Shown: positions 18,241 through 26,579 of the stretch, piece after piece | Position numbering within the stretch: position 1 is the stretch's first letter | Layout of the letters: each line of letters starts with the position of its first letter | DNA from: an uncultured Pelagibacteraceae bacterium | GTDB lineage: Bacteria; Pseudomonadota; Alphaproteobacteria; Pelagibacterales; Pelagibacteraceae | Length of the DNA: 64,000 bases | Assembly: GCA_902608975.1 (NCBI GenBank) | Contig: CACLQI010000002.1 | Location: 14,580-78,579, forward strand | Direction: 5' to 3' | Notes under the pieces: model-generated | Databases searched by the model: none | What the model was told of the DNA's origin: nothing | The model's input: the letters and a program-made list of their open reading frames with translations, nothing else | Made by a program: the position numbers and the translations under genes

Positions 18241-18959
18241 AAAAGTTTTTATTTATAATATTTTTAAGCTTAATAATTTGCAACAATACTTTTGCAAAAA
18301 AAAATATCACTAAATCAGATTTTTATAGTCGAATAGATGCAAGAGGTAATACTGGTTTTGTTTTAAGATATCATAAAGAAAAAAGTCCAAGCAAATTTGA
18401 AATTATATTACCAAAAAATTCCCCTCCAATAATTTCAGATTATCATTCAAGATATGGTGTTTTAGGAGGAAGCAGAAGTAACCCAAACAAACATGGTGGT
18501 ATTGATTTTTATCAAAAACCAGGTGAAAAGATTATAGCTGCAGCAGATGGTAAAGTTTATGGAGTAAAAAAGAATGATAAATGTGTAGGAAATCAGTTTG
18601 CAATTTATTTTGGTAAGAGCCCTGACGGCACAAAATTATACGCAACGCATATGCACATTGGAAAAATGCATGTAAAAAAAGGTGATGAAGTTAAAAGAGG
18701 ACAGCACGTAGCAGATGCAGGTGAATTGGTTAAAACAAGTTGTGGTGGAGGAATGGAACATCTTCACTTTCATATGTCAAAAAGAAAGGGAACAGATCCT
18801 AACTCTTGGGGCTCTTGGAGATTTTTAGGAAAACCAAGTGGATGGATTAATCCTCACAAATATTGGACTGGTGGTGTTGGTAAACCAGAATGTTTTGTTG
18901 AAGGAAAAGAATATCCAGAAGGTCTACTTACTCTACCTGTGGCATGCAAAGAGCTATAA
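18237..18959 (+). CDS. Exported M23-family metallopeptidase
   Basis: Signal peptide; HGGIDF (HxxxD), IAAADGKV, THMH, VKKGDEVKRGQ, EHLHFH (HxH). Confidence 0.88.
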   Translation: MKKFLFIIFLSLIICNNTFAKKNITKSDFYSRIDARGNTGFVLRYHKEKSPSKFEIILPKNSPPIISDYHSRYGVLGGSRSNPNKHGGIDFYQKPGEKIIAAADGKVYGVKKNDKCVGNQFAIYFGKSPDGTKLYATHMHIGKMHVKKGDEVKRGQHVADAGELVKTSCGGGMEHLHFHMSKRKGTDPNSWGSWRFLGKPSGWINPHKYWTGGVGKPECFVEGKEYPEGLLTLPVACKEL

Positions 18960-20036
18960 ATGAATATAGAAGGAAAAGAATATCGAACAATTTGGTTTGA
19001 TGAGAAAAATCAAGCTGTGAAAATTATTGATCAAACAAAACTACCTCATCAATTTATAATTAAAGATCTTAAAACAGTAAAAGATGCAATTAACGCCATC
19101 AAAGTTATGGAGGTTAGGGGAGCTCCATTAATAGGTGGAACTGCTGCCTACGGCATTGTTTTAGCTATTATGGAAAAAAATGATCCTAATTTTATTAAGA
19201 AAAGTTCAGAAGAATTAATACAGTCAAGACCAACAGCAATTAATCTTAAGTGGGCCGTAGACAGAATGATGAAAAAACTAACAGGTGTTAATAATAATGA
19301 ATTATTAAAGGTAGCTTTAGATGAAGCAAAGGAAATTTGTGAAGAGGATATAAAATTTTGTGAAAATATTGGATTAAATGGTCTTAAAATAATAGAGGAA
19401 ATTTATAATAAAAAAAAAGATACAGTTAATATTTTAACACATTGTAATGCGGGATGGCTTGCAACAATAAATTGGGGTACTGCAACTTCTCCAATTTATC
19501 ACGCACATAAAAAAGGAATTCCCGTTCATGTTTGGGTAGATGAAACAAGACCAAGAAACCAAGGTTCAAATTTAACTTCTTATGAATTAAATGAAGAAGG
19601 AGTATCAAACACCATTATTGCAGATAACACTGGTGGAATATTAATGCAAAGAGGAGAAGTTGATATGTGCATTGTTGGTACTGATAGAACTTTATCCACT
19701 GGTGATGTTGTAAATAAAATTGGAACTTATTTAAAAGCATTAGCAGCTCATGATAACAAAGTTCCTTTTTATGTAGCATTACCAAGTTCAACAATTGATT
19801 GGGATATAAAAGATTTTAAGGATATTCCAATTGAAGAAAGAAATTCAGAGGAATTATCGCATGTTGAAGGTTTGGATGAAAATAACAATGTTAAAAAAGT
19901 CTTAATTTACCCAAAAAAAAGCAGAGCAATGAATTTAGCCTTTGATATAACTCCAGCTAAATATATTACTGGACTCATTACAGAAAAAGGTATTTGTGAT
20001 GCTTCCAAAGAAGGACTAGGAAAATTATTTAAATGA
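18960..20036 (+). CDS. mtnA: Methylthioribose-1-phosphate isomerase
   Basis: IIDQTKLP, VRGAPLIG, SRPTAINL, LTHCNAGWLA, VDETRPRNQG, NKIGTY, AFDITP. Confidence 0.96.
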   Translation: MNIEGKEYRTIWFDEKNQAVKIIDQTKLPHQFIIKDLKTVKDAINAIKVMEVRGAPLIGGTAAYGIVLAIMEKNDPNFIKKSSEELIQSRPTAINLKWAVDRMMKKLTGVNNNELLKVALDEAKEICEEDIKFCENIGLNGLKIIEEIYNKKKDTVNILTHCNAGWLATINWGTATSPIYHAHKKGIPVHVWVDETRPRNQGSNLTSYELNEEGVSNTIIADNTGGILMQRGEVDMCIVGTDRTLSTGDVVNKIGTYLKALAAHDNKVPFYVALPSSTIDWDIKDFKDIPIEERNSEELSHVEGLDENNNVKKVLIYPKKSRAMNLAFDITPAKYITGLITEKGICDASKEGLGKLFK

Positions 20037-20215
20037 AAAAAAATATTTTAATAATTGTTTTTATAATAGTTGGAATGATTTTTATTACTAATTTTAGTGA
20101 TCATAATAGAAATAAATCTATTTCAGCTTGCATAGTTGCACAAAAAAATACAGTTGAAAATTTTGATTTAAATGAAGCAAAGAAATTTTGTGAAAAAGAA
20201 ATTAAAAAGAAATAA
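20033..20215 (+). CDS. Small membrane-anchored hypothetical protein with two Cys
   Basis: Overlaps the mtnA stop (ATGA) and the aldolase start (TAATG); N-terminal hydrophobic stretch. Confidence 0.6.
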   Translation: MKKNILIIVFIIVGMIFITNFSDHNRNKSISACIVAQKNTVENFDLNEAKKFCEKEIKKK

Positions 20216-20880
20216 TGGAAAACCTTAAGATAAAGGAAGATATAATAGAATTTGCACAAAAACTTAATTCTACAAACTTATCACCTCTTAGATCAGGAAA
20301 TGTCTCGGCAAAAGCCACTGAAAATAATGTAGATGGCTTTTATATAACACCTTCAGGGAAAAAATATAATGATCTTAAACCCGAAGATATAGTTTTTCTA
20401 TCTTTAGGCGAAAAAAAAGATTTTTTGAGATGGTTTAATTCTGGAAAAAAACCTTCATCTGAATGGCGTTTCCATCAAGATATTTATACTAATAAACCAG
20501 AAGCTAAAGCTATAGTTCATGCTCACTCTCCTCATGCTACAGCAGTATCTTCTCATGGTAAGCCTATACCAGCTTTTCATTATATGGTTGCATTAGCAGG
20601 AGGAAGCGACATTAAGTGTGCTGATTACGCAACTTTTGGTACATCTGAGTTATCAAAAAATATTATTAACTCTTTAGAAAATAGGAAGGCTTGCTTAATG
20701 TCAAATCATGGTCAGGTTGCATTTGGGCAAAATCTAAAACAAGCCTTTGAGCTTGCAGAAGAAGTAGAAAATATTTGTCATCAATATGTAATTGCTTTAA
20801 AGTTAGGTGAGCCTAAGATTCTTTCATCTTCAGAGATGGAAAAAATTTTAGATAAAGTAAAATATTATAAAAGTGAATAA
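20215..20880 (+). CDS. Class II aldolase (FucA/Ald2-like; putative methylthioribulose-1-P / 5-deoxyribulose-1-P aldolase)
   Basis: SGNVS, KPSSEWRFH, HAHSPHAT, FHYMVALAGG, YATFGT, LMSNHG; follows mtnP-mtnA. Confidence 0.85.
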   Translation: MENLKIKEDIIEFAQKLNSTNLSPLRSGNVSAKATENNVDGFYITPSGKKYNDLKPEDIVFLSLGEKKDFLRWFNSGKKPSSEWRFHQDIYTNKPEAKAIVHAHSPHATAVSSHGKPIPAFHYMVALAGGSDIKCADYATFGTSELSKNIINSLENRKACLMSNHGQVAFGQNLKQAFELAEEVENICHQYVIALKLGEPKILSSSEMEKILDKVKYYKSE

Positions 20881-20886
20881 TTTTTT

Positions 20887-21927
20887 ATGACTAAAGTTGG
20901 GGAGCACATAACACTAGATATCATAGGCACTAAAAAGGAATATGAATCTTCCTTCTATGAAAAGTTAGTTTATAAAATTGCAAAAAAAGCAAAAGTAACT
21001 GTTTTAGAAATATCAAAATATAAATTTAAACCTCAAGGTTTTACTTTGGTTGCTCTATTAGCCGAAAGTCATATCAGTTTTCATACATTTCCAGAAAATA
21101 ATATTATTAGCTTTGATTTTTTTACTTGTGGAAAGGTTTCTCCTTCTGTTGCAATAGATATAATAAAGAAGGAAATAGAACATAAAAGAATAGTAAAAAA
21201 AGAATTTAATAGAGATACTATTTCTTTTTATCATGACATTTATAGTTCACCTGGTTTACGAAAATCATATGTAGTAAAAAATGTTCTTGAAGATTTTACT
21301 TCAAAGATTGGACAACATATTGAAATTTTAGATTTAGAGCAATTTGGAAAATCTTTATTTATAGACAATGAAATCCAAGTAGCTACAACAGATGAACATC
21401 TTTATAGCGGTACATTTATTAACGCTGCTTTAAAATTAAACAAAGATAAAGATACTGCGGCGATTATAGGTGGTGGAGACGGCGGGGTAGCTAGAGAATG
21501 CATATCAAAAGGTTTTGGATATATAGATTGGTTTGAATTGGATCCTGAGGTTGTTGAAGTTTGTGAAAAACACCTTGGATCTATAGGAAATAAATCAACA
21601 AGAAAAAATTCAGTTAAATGTATTTGGGGAGATGCATTTGAAAGTATTAAAAAAGTTGAAGATGATAGATATGATAAAATTTTTGTAGATTTAAATGATG
21701 ATCAATTTTGTATTGATTTAGCAGCAAAGAATATGGACTCGCTGGTTAGAATTTTAAAGCCTAATGGAGTTATAACTGCTCAAGTTGGAAGCCAAGATAA
21801 AAAACCCAAACAAGTAGACAAATGGTTAAAAGTTTTTAATAAAAACTTTGGAAATGCTACCCTAGATAGAGTTTATATACCTAGTTTTGACTGTTCTTGG
21901 AATTTTTCTTCATCAATAAATCATTAG
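20887..21927 (+). CDS. S-adenosylmethionine decarboxylase - spermidine synthase fusion (SpeD-SpeE)
   Basis: N-domain LLAESHISFHTFPE..FDFFTCG (pyruvoyl E|S site); C-domain IIGGGDGGVARE, FELDPEVVE, GDAF, IFVDLND. Confidence 0.9.
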   Translation: MTKVGEHITLDIIGTKKEYESSFYEKLVYKIAKKAKVTVLEISKYKFKPQGFTLVALLAESHISFHTFPENNIISFDFFTCGKVSPSVAIDIIKKEIEHKRIVKKEFNRDTISFYHDIYSSPGLRKSYVVKNVLEDFTSKIGQHIEILDLEQFGKSLFIDNEIQVATTDEHLYSGTFINAALKLNKDKDTAAIIGGGDGGVARECISKGFGYIDWFELDPEVVEVCEKHLGSIGNKSTRKNSVKCIWGDAFESIKKVEDDRYDKIFVDLNDDQFCIDLAAKNMDSLVRILKPNGVITAQVGSQDKKPKQVDKWLKVFNKNFGNATLDRVYIPSFDCSWNFSSSINH

Positions 21928-21983
21928 AATTTTCTTTTTAATTTATCAAAATTGTGAAATAATTATTTTTTTTATGGAGGGAA

Positions 21984-22814
21984 ATGATGAATATATTTAA
22001 AAAAACAATATTAACAGTTCTCGTATCTTTTTTATTAATCGGAAGTGCTTATGCCGGTAAAATAAAGATTGGAACTGAAGGTGCTTATCCTCCTTGGAAT
22101 TCAAAGGATGCTTCAGGCAAACTTATTGGATTTGAGGTTGAATTAGCTTGGACGCTTTGCAGATACATTGGATCACAATGTGAAATCGTAGAGCAAGATT
22201 GGGATGGAATGATACCAGCCCTTATAATGAGAAAGTTCGATGCAATCATGGCAGGAATGTCGATTACTGCAGAAAGACAAAAAGCAATTAGTTTTTCTCA
22301 GGGTTATGCAGACGAAGTTGCTTCATTAGCGGTTATGAAAGGTTCAAGTCTTGAAGGCATGGAAACTTCTGAAGGAATTAATCTTGGTAAAAAGTCAGGT
22401 GCAGTAAAAAAAGATCTTAAAACTTTAACAGCTGCCTTAGCTGGAAAAACAGTTTGTGTTCAAACAGCTACTATTCACCAAAACTTTTTAGAGTCTGGTG
22501 ATGTAGGTAAAGTAAATGTAAGAACTTATAAAACTCAAGATGAAGTTAACTTAGATTTAGCAGCAGGAAGATGTGATGCTGCGCTAGCTGCAGCAGTAGC
22601 ATTTAGTGACTATGCAGAAAAATCTGGAAAACCAGTAGTTCTTGTTGGACCAACTTTTTCAGGTGGAGCATTTGGTAATGGAGTTGGTGTTGGTATTAGA
22701 AAAGATGACACTGAACTTTTGAATGCTTTTAACAAAGCCATTGATAAAGCAAGAAAAAATGGAGACATTAGTAGAATTGCTATTAAATGGTTTGGTTTCG
22801 ACGCTTCTATGTAA
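21984..22814 (+). CDS. Polar amino-acid ABC transporter substrate-binding protein (Arg/Orn/Lys/His or opine-like)
   Basis: IGTEGAYPPWN, QDWDGMIPAL..KFDAIMAGMSITAER; GGAGG RBS upstream. Confidence 0.9.
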   Translation: MMNIFKKTILTVLVSFLLIGSAYAGKIKIGTEGAYPPWNSKDASGKLIGFEVELAWTLCRYIGSQCEIVEQDWDGMIPALIMRKFDAIMAGMSITAERQKAISFSQGYADEVASLAVMKGSSLEGMETSEGINLGKKSGAVKKDLKTLTAALAGKTVCVQTATIHQNFLESGDVGKVNVRTYKTQDEVNLDLAAGRCDAALAAAVAFSDYAEKSGKPVVLVGPTFSGGAFGNGVGVGIRKDDTELLNAFNKAIDKARKNGDISRIAIKWFGFDASM

Positions 22815-22827
22815 TTAATTTTAGATT

Positions 22828-22852
22828 TGGCGACTATAATATATAGTCGCCA
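22828..22852 (+). terminator. Perfect 11-bp stem-loop between the binding-protein and permease genes (mRNA stabiliser or attenuator)
   Basis: TGGCGACTATA-ata-TATAGTCGCCA; no U-tract follows; ends 6 nt before the permease ATG. Confidence 0.6.
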
Positions 22853-22858
22853 GTCTGT

Positions 22859-23551
22859 ATGGAACTTCTAGCATTTGGAAAAACTGGTTGGGGTGATGAA
22901 TTATTTATTGCCACTCTAATGACTATCGCTGTTTCGATAACAGCAATGTTAATTGGTTTTCTTTTTGCATTAATATTTACTCCTCTTAAATTATCAAAAA
23001 ATAAATTTCTTAATCTTATTGGAAACTCTTACACAACAGTAATTAGAGGTGTCCCAGAGTTATTAGTAATTTACTTATTTTTTTTTGGAGGAAGTGGTGC
23101 CGTTATGTTTGTTGCATCTATGTTTGGGTATAACGAATACATCGAAATTAATGCATTTATAACTGGTTCATTTGCTATTGGTATTATTTCTGGTGCATAC
23201 TCAACTGAAGTTTTTAGAGGAGCAATTCAATCTATAGACAAAGGACAATTTGAAGCTTCTCAGGTTTTAGGACTTAAAAAATTTGTTTATTTTTTTAGAG
23301 TAATTATGCCTCAAATGCTGAGATTAGCCATTCCTAACTTGAGTAATGTTTGGCAAATAACTTTAAAAGATACTTCTTTAATATCAGTCACAGGTTTAGT
23401 AGAAATAATGAGACAGTCATACATTGCCGCTGGATCAACTAGAGATCCACTTTTCTTCTATTCATTTGCTGCAGTTTTATATTTAATGCTTACATTTTTA
23501 AGCATGAAGTTAATTAATAGACTGGAAATTAAATATAGTAGGGGCTTTTAA
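22859..23551 (+). CDS. Polar amino-acid ABC permease (HisQ/OccQ-like)
   Basis: RGVPELLVI, GAYSTEVFRGAI..IDKGQFEA, LKDTSLISV. Confidence 0.9.
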   Translation: MELLAFGKTGWGDELFIATLMTIAVSITAMLIGFLFALIFTPLKLSKNKFLNLIGNSYTTVIRGVPELLVIYLFFFGGSGAVMFVASMFGYNEYIEINAFITGSFAIGIISGAYSTEVFRGAIQSIDKGQFEASQVLGLKKFVYFFRVIMPQMLRLAIPNLSNVWQITLKDTSLISVTGLVEIMRQSYIAAGSTRDPLFFYSFAAVLYLMLTFLSMKLINRLEIKYSRGF

Positions 23552-24225
23552 TGGATATAAATTTAATGATAACCAGTCTTCCAAAGTTATTAGGTGCTAC
23601 AGTTGTAACTTTAAAATTATTATCTTTATCTTTATTTTTTGGTTTATTTATTGGATTGTTATTTGCAATTTTAAGATTAAATAAAAATAAAATTATAAAT
23701 AAATTTGCTTACGGATATTCATATGTATTTAGAGGCACACCATTACTTGTTCAAATATTTATTATTTATTTTGGTCTTGGACAGATAGAATATTTTAGAT
23801 CAACTTTTTTATGGGTTATTTTTAAAGAACCTTACTGGTGCGCAATTATAGCATTTGCTTTAAATACGGGTGCATATACATCAGAAATATTAAGATCAGC
23901 ATTTCAAACAATTAAACCAGGGTTAATTGAAGCAGGAAAAAGCCTGGGTATATCCAATAAAATAATTTTTTATAAAATTCAAATACCCGTAGCTATCAGA
24001 CAATCCCTTCCAGCATACGGTAATGAAATTATATTAATGATGAAAGGAACCTCTTTGGCAAGTACTGTGACACTAATGGATTTAACTGGTGTTGCAAAAT
24101 ATATAATTTCAACTACTTTTAAGCCAATAGAGGTGTTTATTGTAGCTGGAAGTATATACTTATTTATGACTTTTATTATTCATAATCTAATTAAATTTTT
24201 AGAAAAAAAATACAGCTTTAATTAG
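23551..24225 (+). CDS. Polar amino-acid ABC permease (HisM/OccM-like)
   Basis: FRGTPLLVQIF, NTGAYTSEILR, YGNEIILMMKGTSLAS. Confidence 0.9.
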   Translation: MDINLMITSLPKLLGATVVTLKLLSLSLFFGLFIGLLFAILRLNKNKIINKFAYGYSYVFRGTPLLVQIFIIYFGLGQIEYFRSTFLWVIFKEPYWCAIIAFALNTGAYTSEILRSAFQTIKPGLIEAGKSLGISNKIIFYKIQIPVAIRQSLPAYGNEIILMMKGTSLASTVTLMDLTGVAKYIISTTFKPIEVFIVAGSIYLFMTFIIHNLIKFLEKKYSFN

Positions 24226-24274
24226 TGCAAAAATTCTAATCTGAGTTTTTTGACAAGTAATTCGATGAATTGAA

Positions 24275-26578
24275 ATGAACGGAAAAAAAAATTTAACCCC
24301 AAAACAAATTTTTGATCTTGCCGTCCAAAGTCATCAAAAAAATAATCTTCAAGTTGCTGAAAATCTTTATAAAGAAGTGCTAAAGACAAATCCTGATCAC
24401 ATTGAAACAATTTGTCTTTTAGGAACATTATTAGCCCAAACTAAAAGAGTCGATTTAGCAAAATCTTTACTTCAAAAAGCAATTAAAATTCAACCTGATT
24501 ACGCAATGGCACATAACAATCTTGGAAATTTACAGAAAGGATTAAAAGAATATCAAAAAGCAATTAGTAGTTTTGAAAAAGCAATTGAAATCCAACCAAA
24601 TTATGTAGACGCTTACTATAATCTTGGGAATATTCAAAGAGAACTAGGAGAATATCAAATAGCAGTTAGTAGTTTTGAAAAAGCAATCAAAATCCAACCT
24701 GATTATTTAATGGCGTATAATAATCTTGGGAATATTCAAAGGGAATTGGGAGAATATCAAAAAGCAATAAATTGTTATGAAAAAGCAATTGAAGTCCAAC
24801 CAAGCTATATAAGAGCTTACAATAATCTTGGAGAAGTATTATTAGAATTAAAAGAATATCAAAAAGCAATTAGTGTTTTTGAAAAAGCAAAAGAAATTAA
24901 TCCCAATTATGTGGACACCTATAATAATCTTGGATTAGCATTTAACGAAATAGGAGAATTTAAAAAATCACTAAATTTTTATGAAAAGGCAATTAAAATT
25001 GATCCTAATAATATAAATGCAGTAAATAGGTTATCAGATTTACTTAAAATAATTCAATTAGACAATGTAACAAAAAATAATAGTAACAGTTTAAAGGAAT
25101 TGTTTTTATTTCTATTTAGAAAAAATACCATTATTCATAAAGATATTTTTAACAAAGCTAAATCGTTATTATTAATTGAAGAAATAACCAATGAATTACA
25201 GCAAATTGTTGATTCAGATTCATTGTTATTAAAAAATGTTATTATTCAAAAAATATCAAAAGAAGAACTGCTTCTTTTAATACTCCAAAAATCTTTAATC
25301 ACAGATAAATTTTTAGAAAAATTACTCACAAAACTTAGATCTGAAATACTTTTTACAATAATTGATTCTAATCAAAATATTTTAAAAGAAAATTTTAATT
25401 TTGTTATTTCACTTTCTAAACAATGCTTTCTCAATGAATATATTTATGTTCAATCTAAAAAAGAAATTAGTTATACAAACCAATTAAAAAATAAAATAAT
25501 TAAAAATAAAAATATCGACGAATTGGAAATTGCAATATTAGGATGTTATATTTCACTAAGTACCTCAGAAAAAATCACAAACAAATTATTAGACTATAAA
25601 TCTAAAAATGTTTTATTTAATGATTTAATTAACATGCAAATTAAAGAACCTTTAAAAGAAATAAAATTGATAAGTTCCATTAAATCTTTTGATAAAATTG
25701 TTGATCCAGTTTCTAAAAAAGTAAAAGAACAATATGAAAATTATCCGTATCCTAGATGGAGATATACATATAAATATTTGCCATTAGATTTAATATTTCA
25801 ACTAAATCAAGAAATAAGACCAAACAAAATTGAATATAATAATAAATTTACTAACCCCAATGTTCTTATTGCAGGTTGTGGAACTGGAAATCATATAGCT
25901 TTAGCAAGCAGATATTTGAATGCTAATATAGTTGGAGTTGATCTAAGTCTAAAAAGTCTTGCTTATGCCAAGAGAAAAACAGAGGAATTAGGTTTTAAAA
26001 ATGTAGAATTTTTGCAAGCAGATATTCTACAATTGAAAAATTTAGATAAAAAATTTGATGTTATAGAGTCACTGGGAACCCTTCATCATATGAAAGACCC
26101 TTTAGAGGGTCTTAAAATATTACTGAATTTGTTAGAACCGCATGGCTTTTTGAAGTTAGGCCTTTATAGCAAAATATCAAGACAGCATATAGTTAAAGGA
26201 AGAGATTTTATTAAAAAAAGAAATTTTAAAAATACAATTGAAGATATTAGAAGTTGTAGAGAATTAATTTTTAATGAAAAAAAAGATCCATTACTTCAAA
26301 AAATTACTTATAGTGGTGATTTTTATTCAACATCTAGTGTAAGAGATTTATTGTTTCATGTTCAAGAACATCATTTTACTATACCAGAAATATCTAAAAT
26401 ACTTAAAAATTTAAAATTAGAATTCTTAGGTTTCACGAATCCGAACATTAAAGCTAAATTCTCGAAATCTTTTCCTAACGATAAACAAAATATCTCTTTA
26501 GATAATTGGAATCAATTTGAAATAAGCAACCCAGATGTCTTTTCTAACATGTATCAATTTTGGGTAAGAAAGGTATAA
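24275..26578 (+). CDS. TPR-repeat protein fused to class I SAM methyltransferase
   Basis: About seven 34-aa TPRs (A..NLG....LGEY.KA...EKAI...P); QYENYPYPRW, VLIAGCGTG, GVDLS..SLAYA, GTLHH, RDLLFHVQEH. Confidence 0.88.
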   Translation: MNGKKNLTPKQIFDLAVQSHQKNNLQVAENLYKEVLKTNPDHIETICLLGTLLAQTKRVDLAKSLLQKAIKIQPDYAMAHNNLGNLQKGLKEYQKAISSFEKAIEIQPNYVDAYYNLGNIQRELGEYQIAVSSFEKAIKIQPDYLMAYNNLGNIQRELGEYQKAINCYEKAIEVQPSYIRAYNNLGEVLLELKEYQKAISVFEKAKEINPNYVDTYNNLGLAFNEIGEFKKSLNFYEKAIKIDPNNINAVNRLSDLLKIIQLDNVTKNNSNSLKELFLFLFRKNTIIHKDIFNKAKSLLLIEEITNELQQIVDSDSLLLKNVIIQKISKEELLLLILQKSLITDKFLEKLLTKLRSEILFTIIDSNQNILKENFNFVISLSKQCFLNEYIYVQSKKEISYTNQLKNKIIKNKNIDELEIAILGCYISLSTSEKITNKLLDYKSKNVLFNDLINMQIKEPLKEIKLISSIKSFDKIVDPVSKKVKEQYENYPYPRWRYTYKYLPLDLIFQLNQEIRPNKIEYNNKFTNPNVLIAGCGTGNHIALASRYLNANIVGVDLSLKSLAYAKRKTEELGFKNVEFLQADILQLKNLDKKFDVIESLGTLHHMKDPLEGLKILLNLLEPHGFLKLGLYSKISRQHIVKGRDFIKKRNFKNTIEDIRSCRELIFNEKKDPLLQKITYSGDFYSTSSVRDLLFHVQEHHFTIPEISKILKNLKLEFLGFTNPNIKAKFSKSFPNDKQNISLDNWNQFEISNPDVFSNMYQFWVRKV
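24541..24874 (+). repeat. 102-bp-period intragenic repeats encoding TPR units
   Basis: ATAATCTTGGGAATATTCAAAG at 24618 and 24720 (102 bp apart); ATTAAAAGAATATCAAAAAGCAATTAGT at 24541 and 24847 (306 bp apart). Confidence 0.85.
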
Positions 26579-26579
26579 A

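Noticed and set aside
24541-24874. CRISPR-like regularly spaced repeats
   Set aside because: The repeats are in frame within a TPR gene at 102-bp period, the spacers are homologous, and no cas genes are present.
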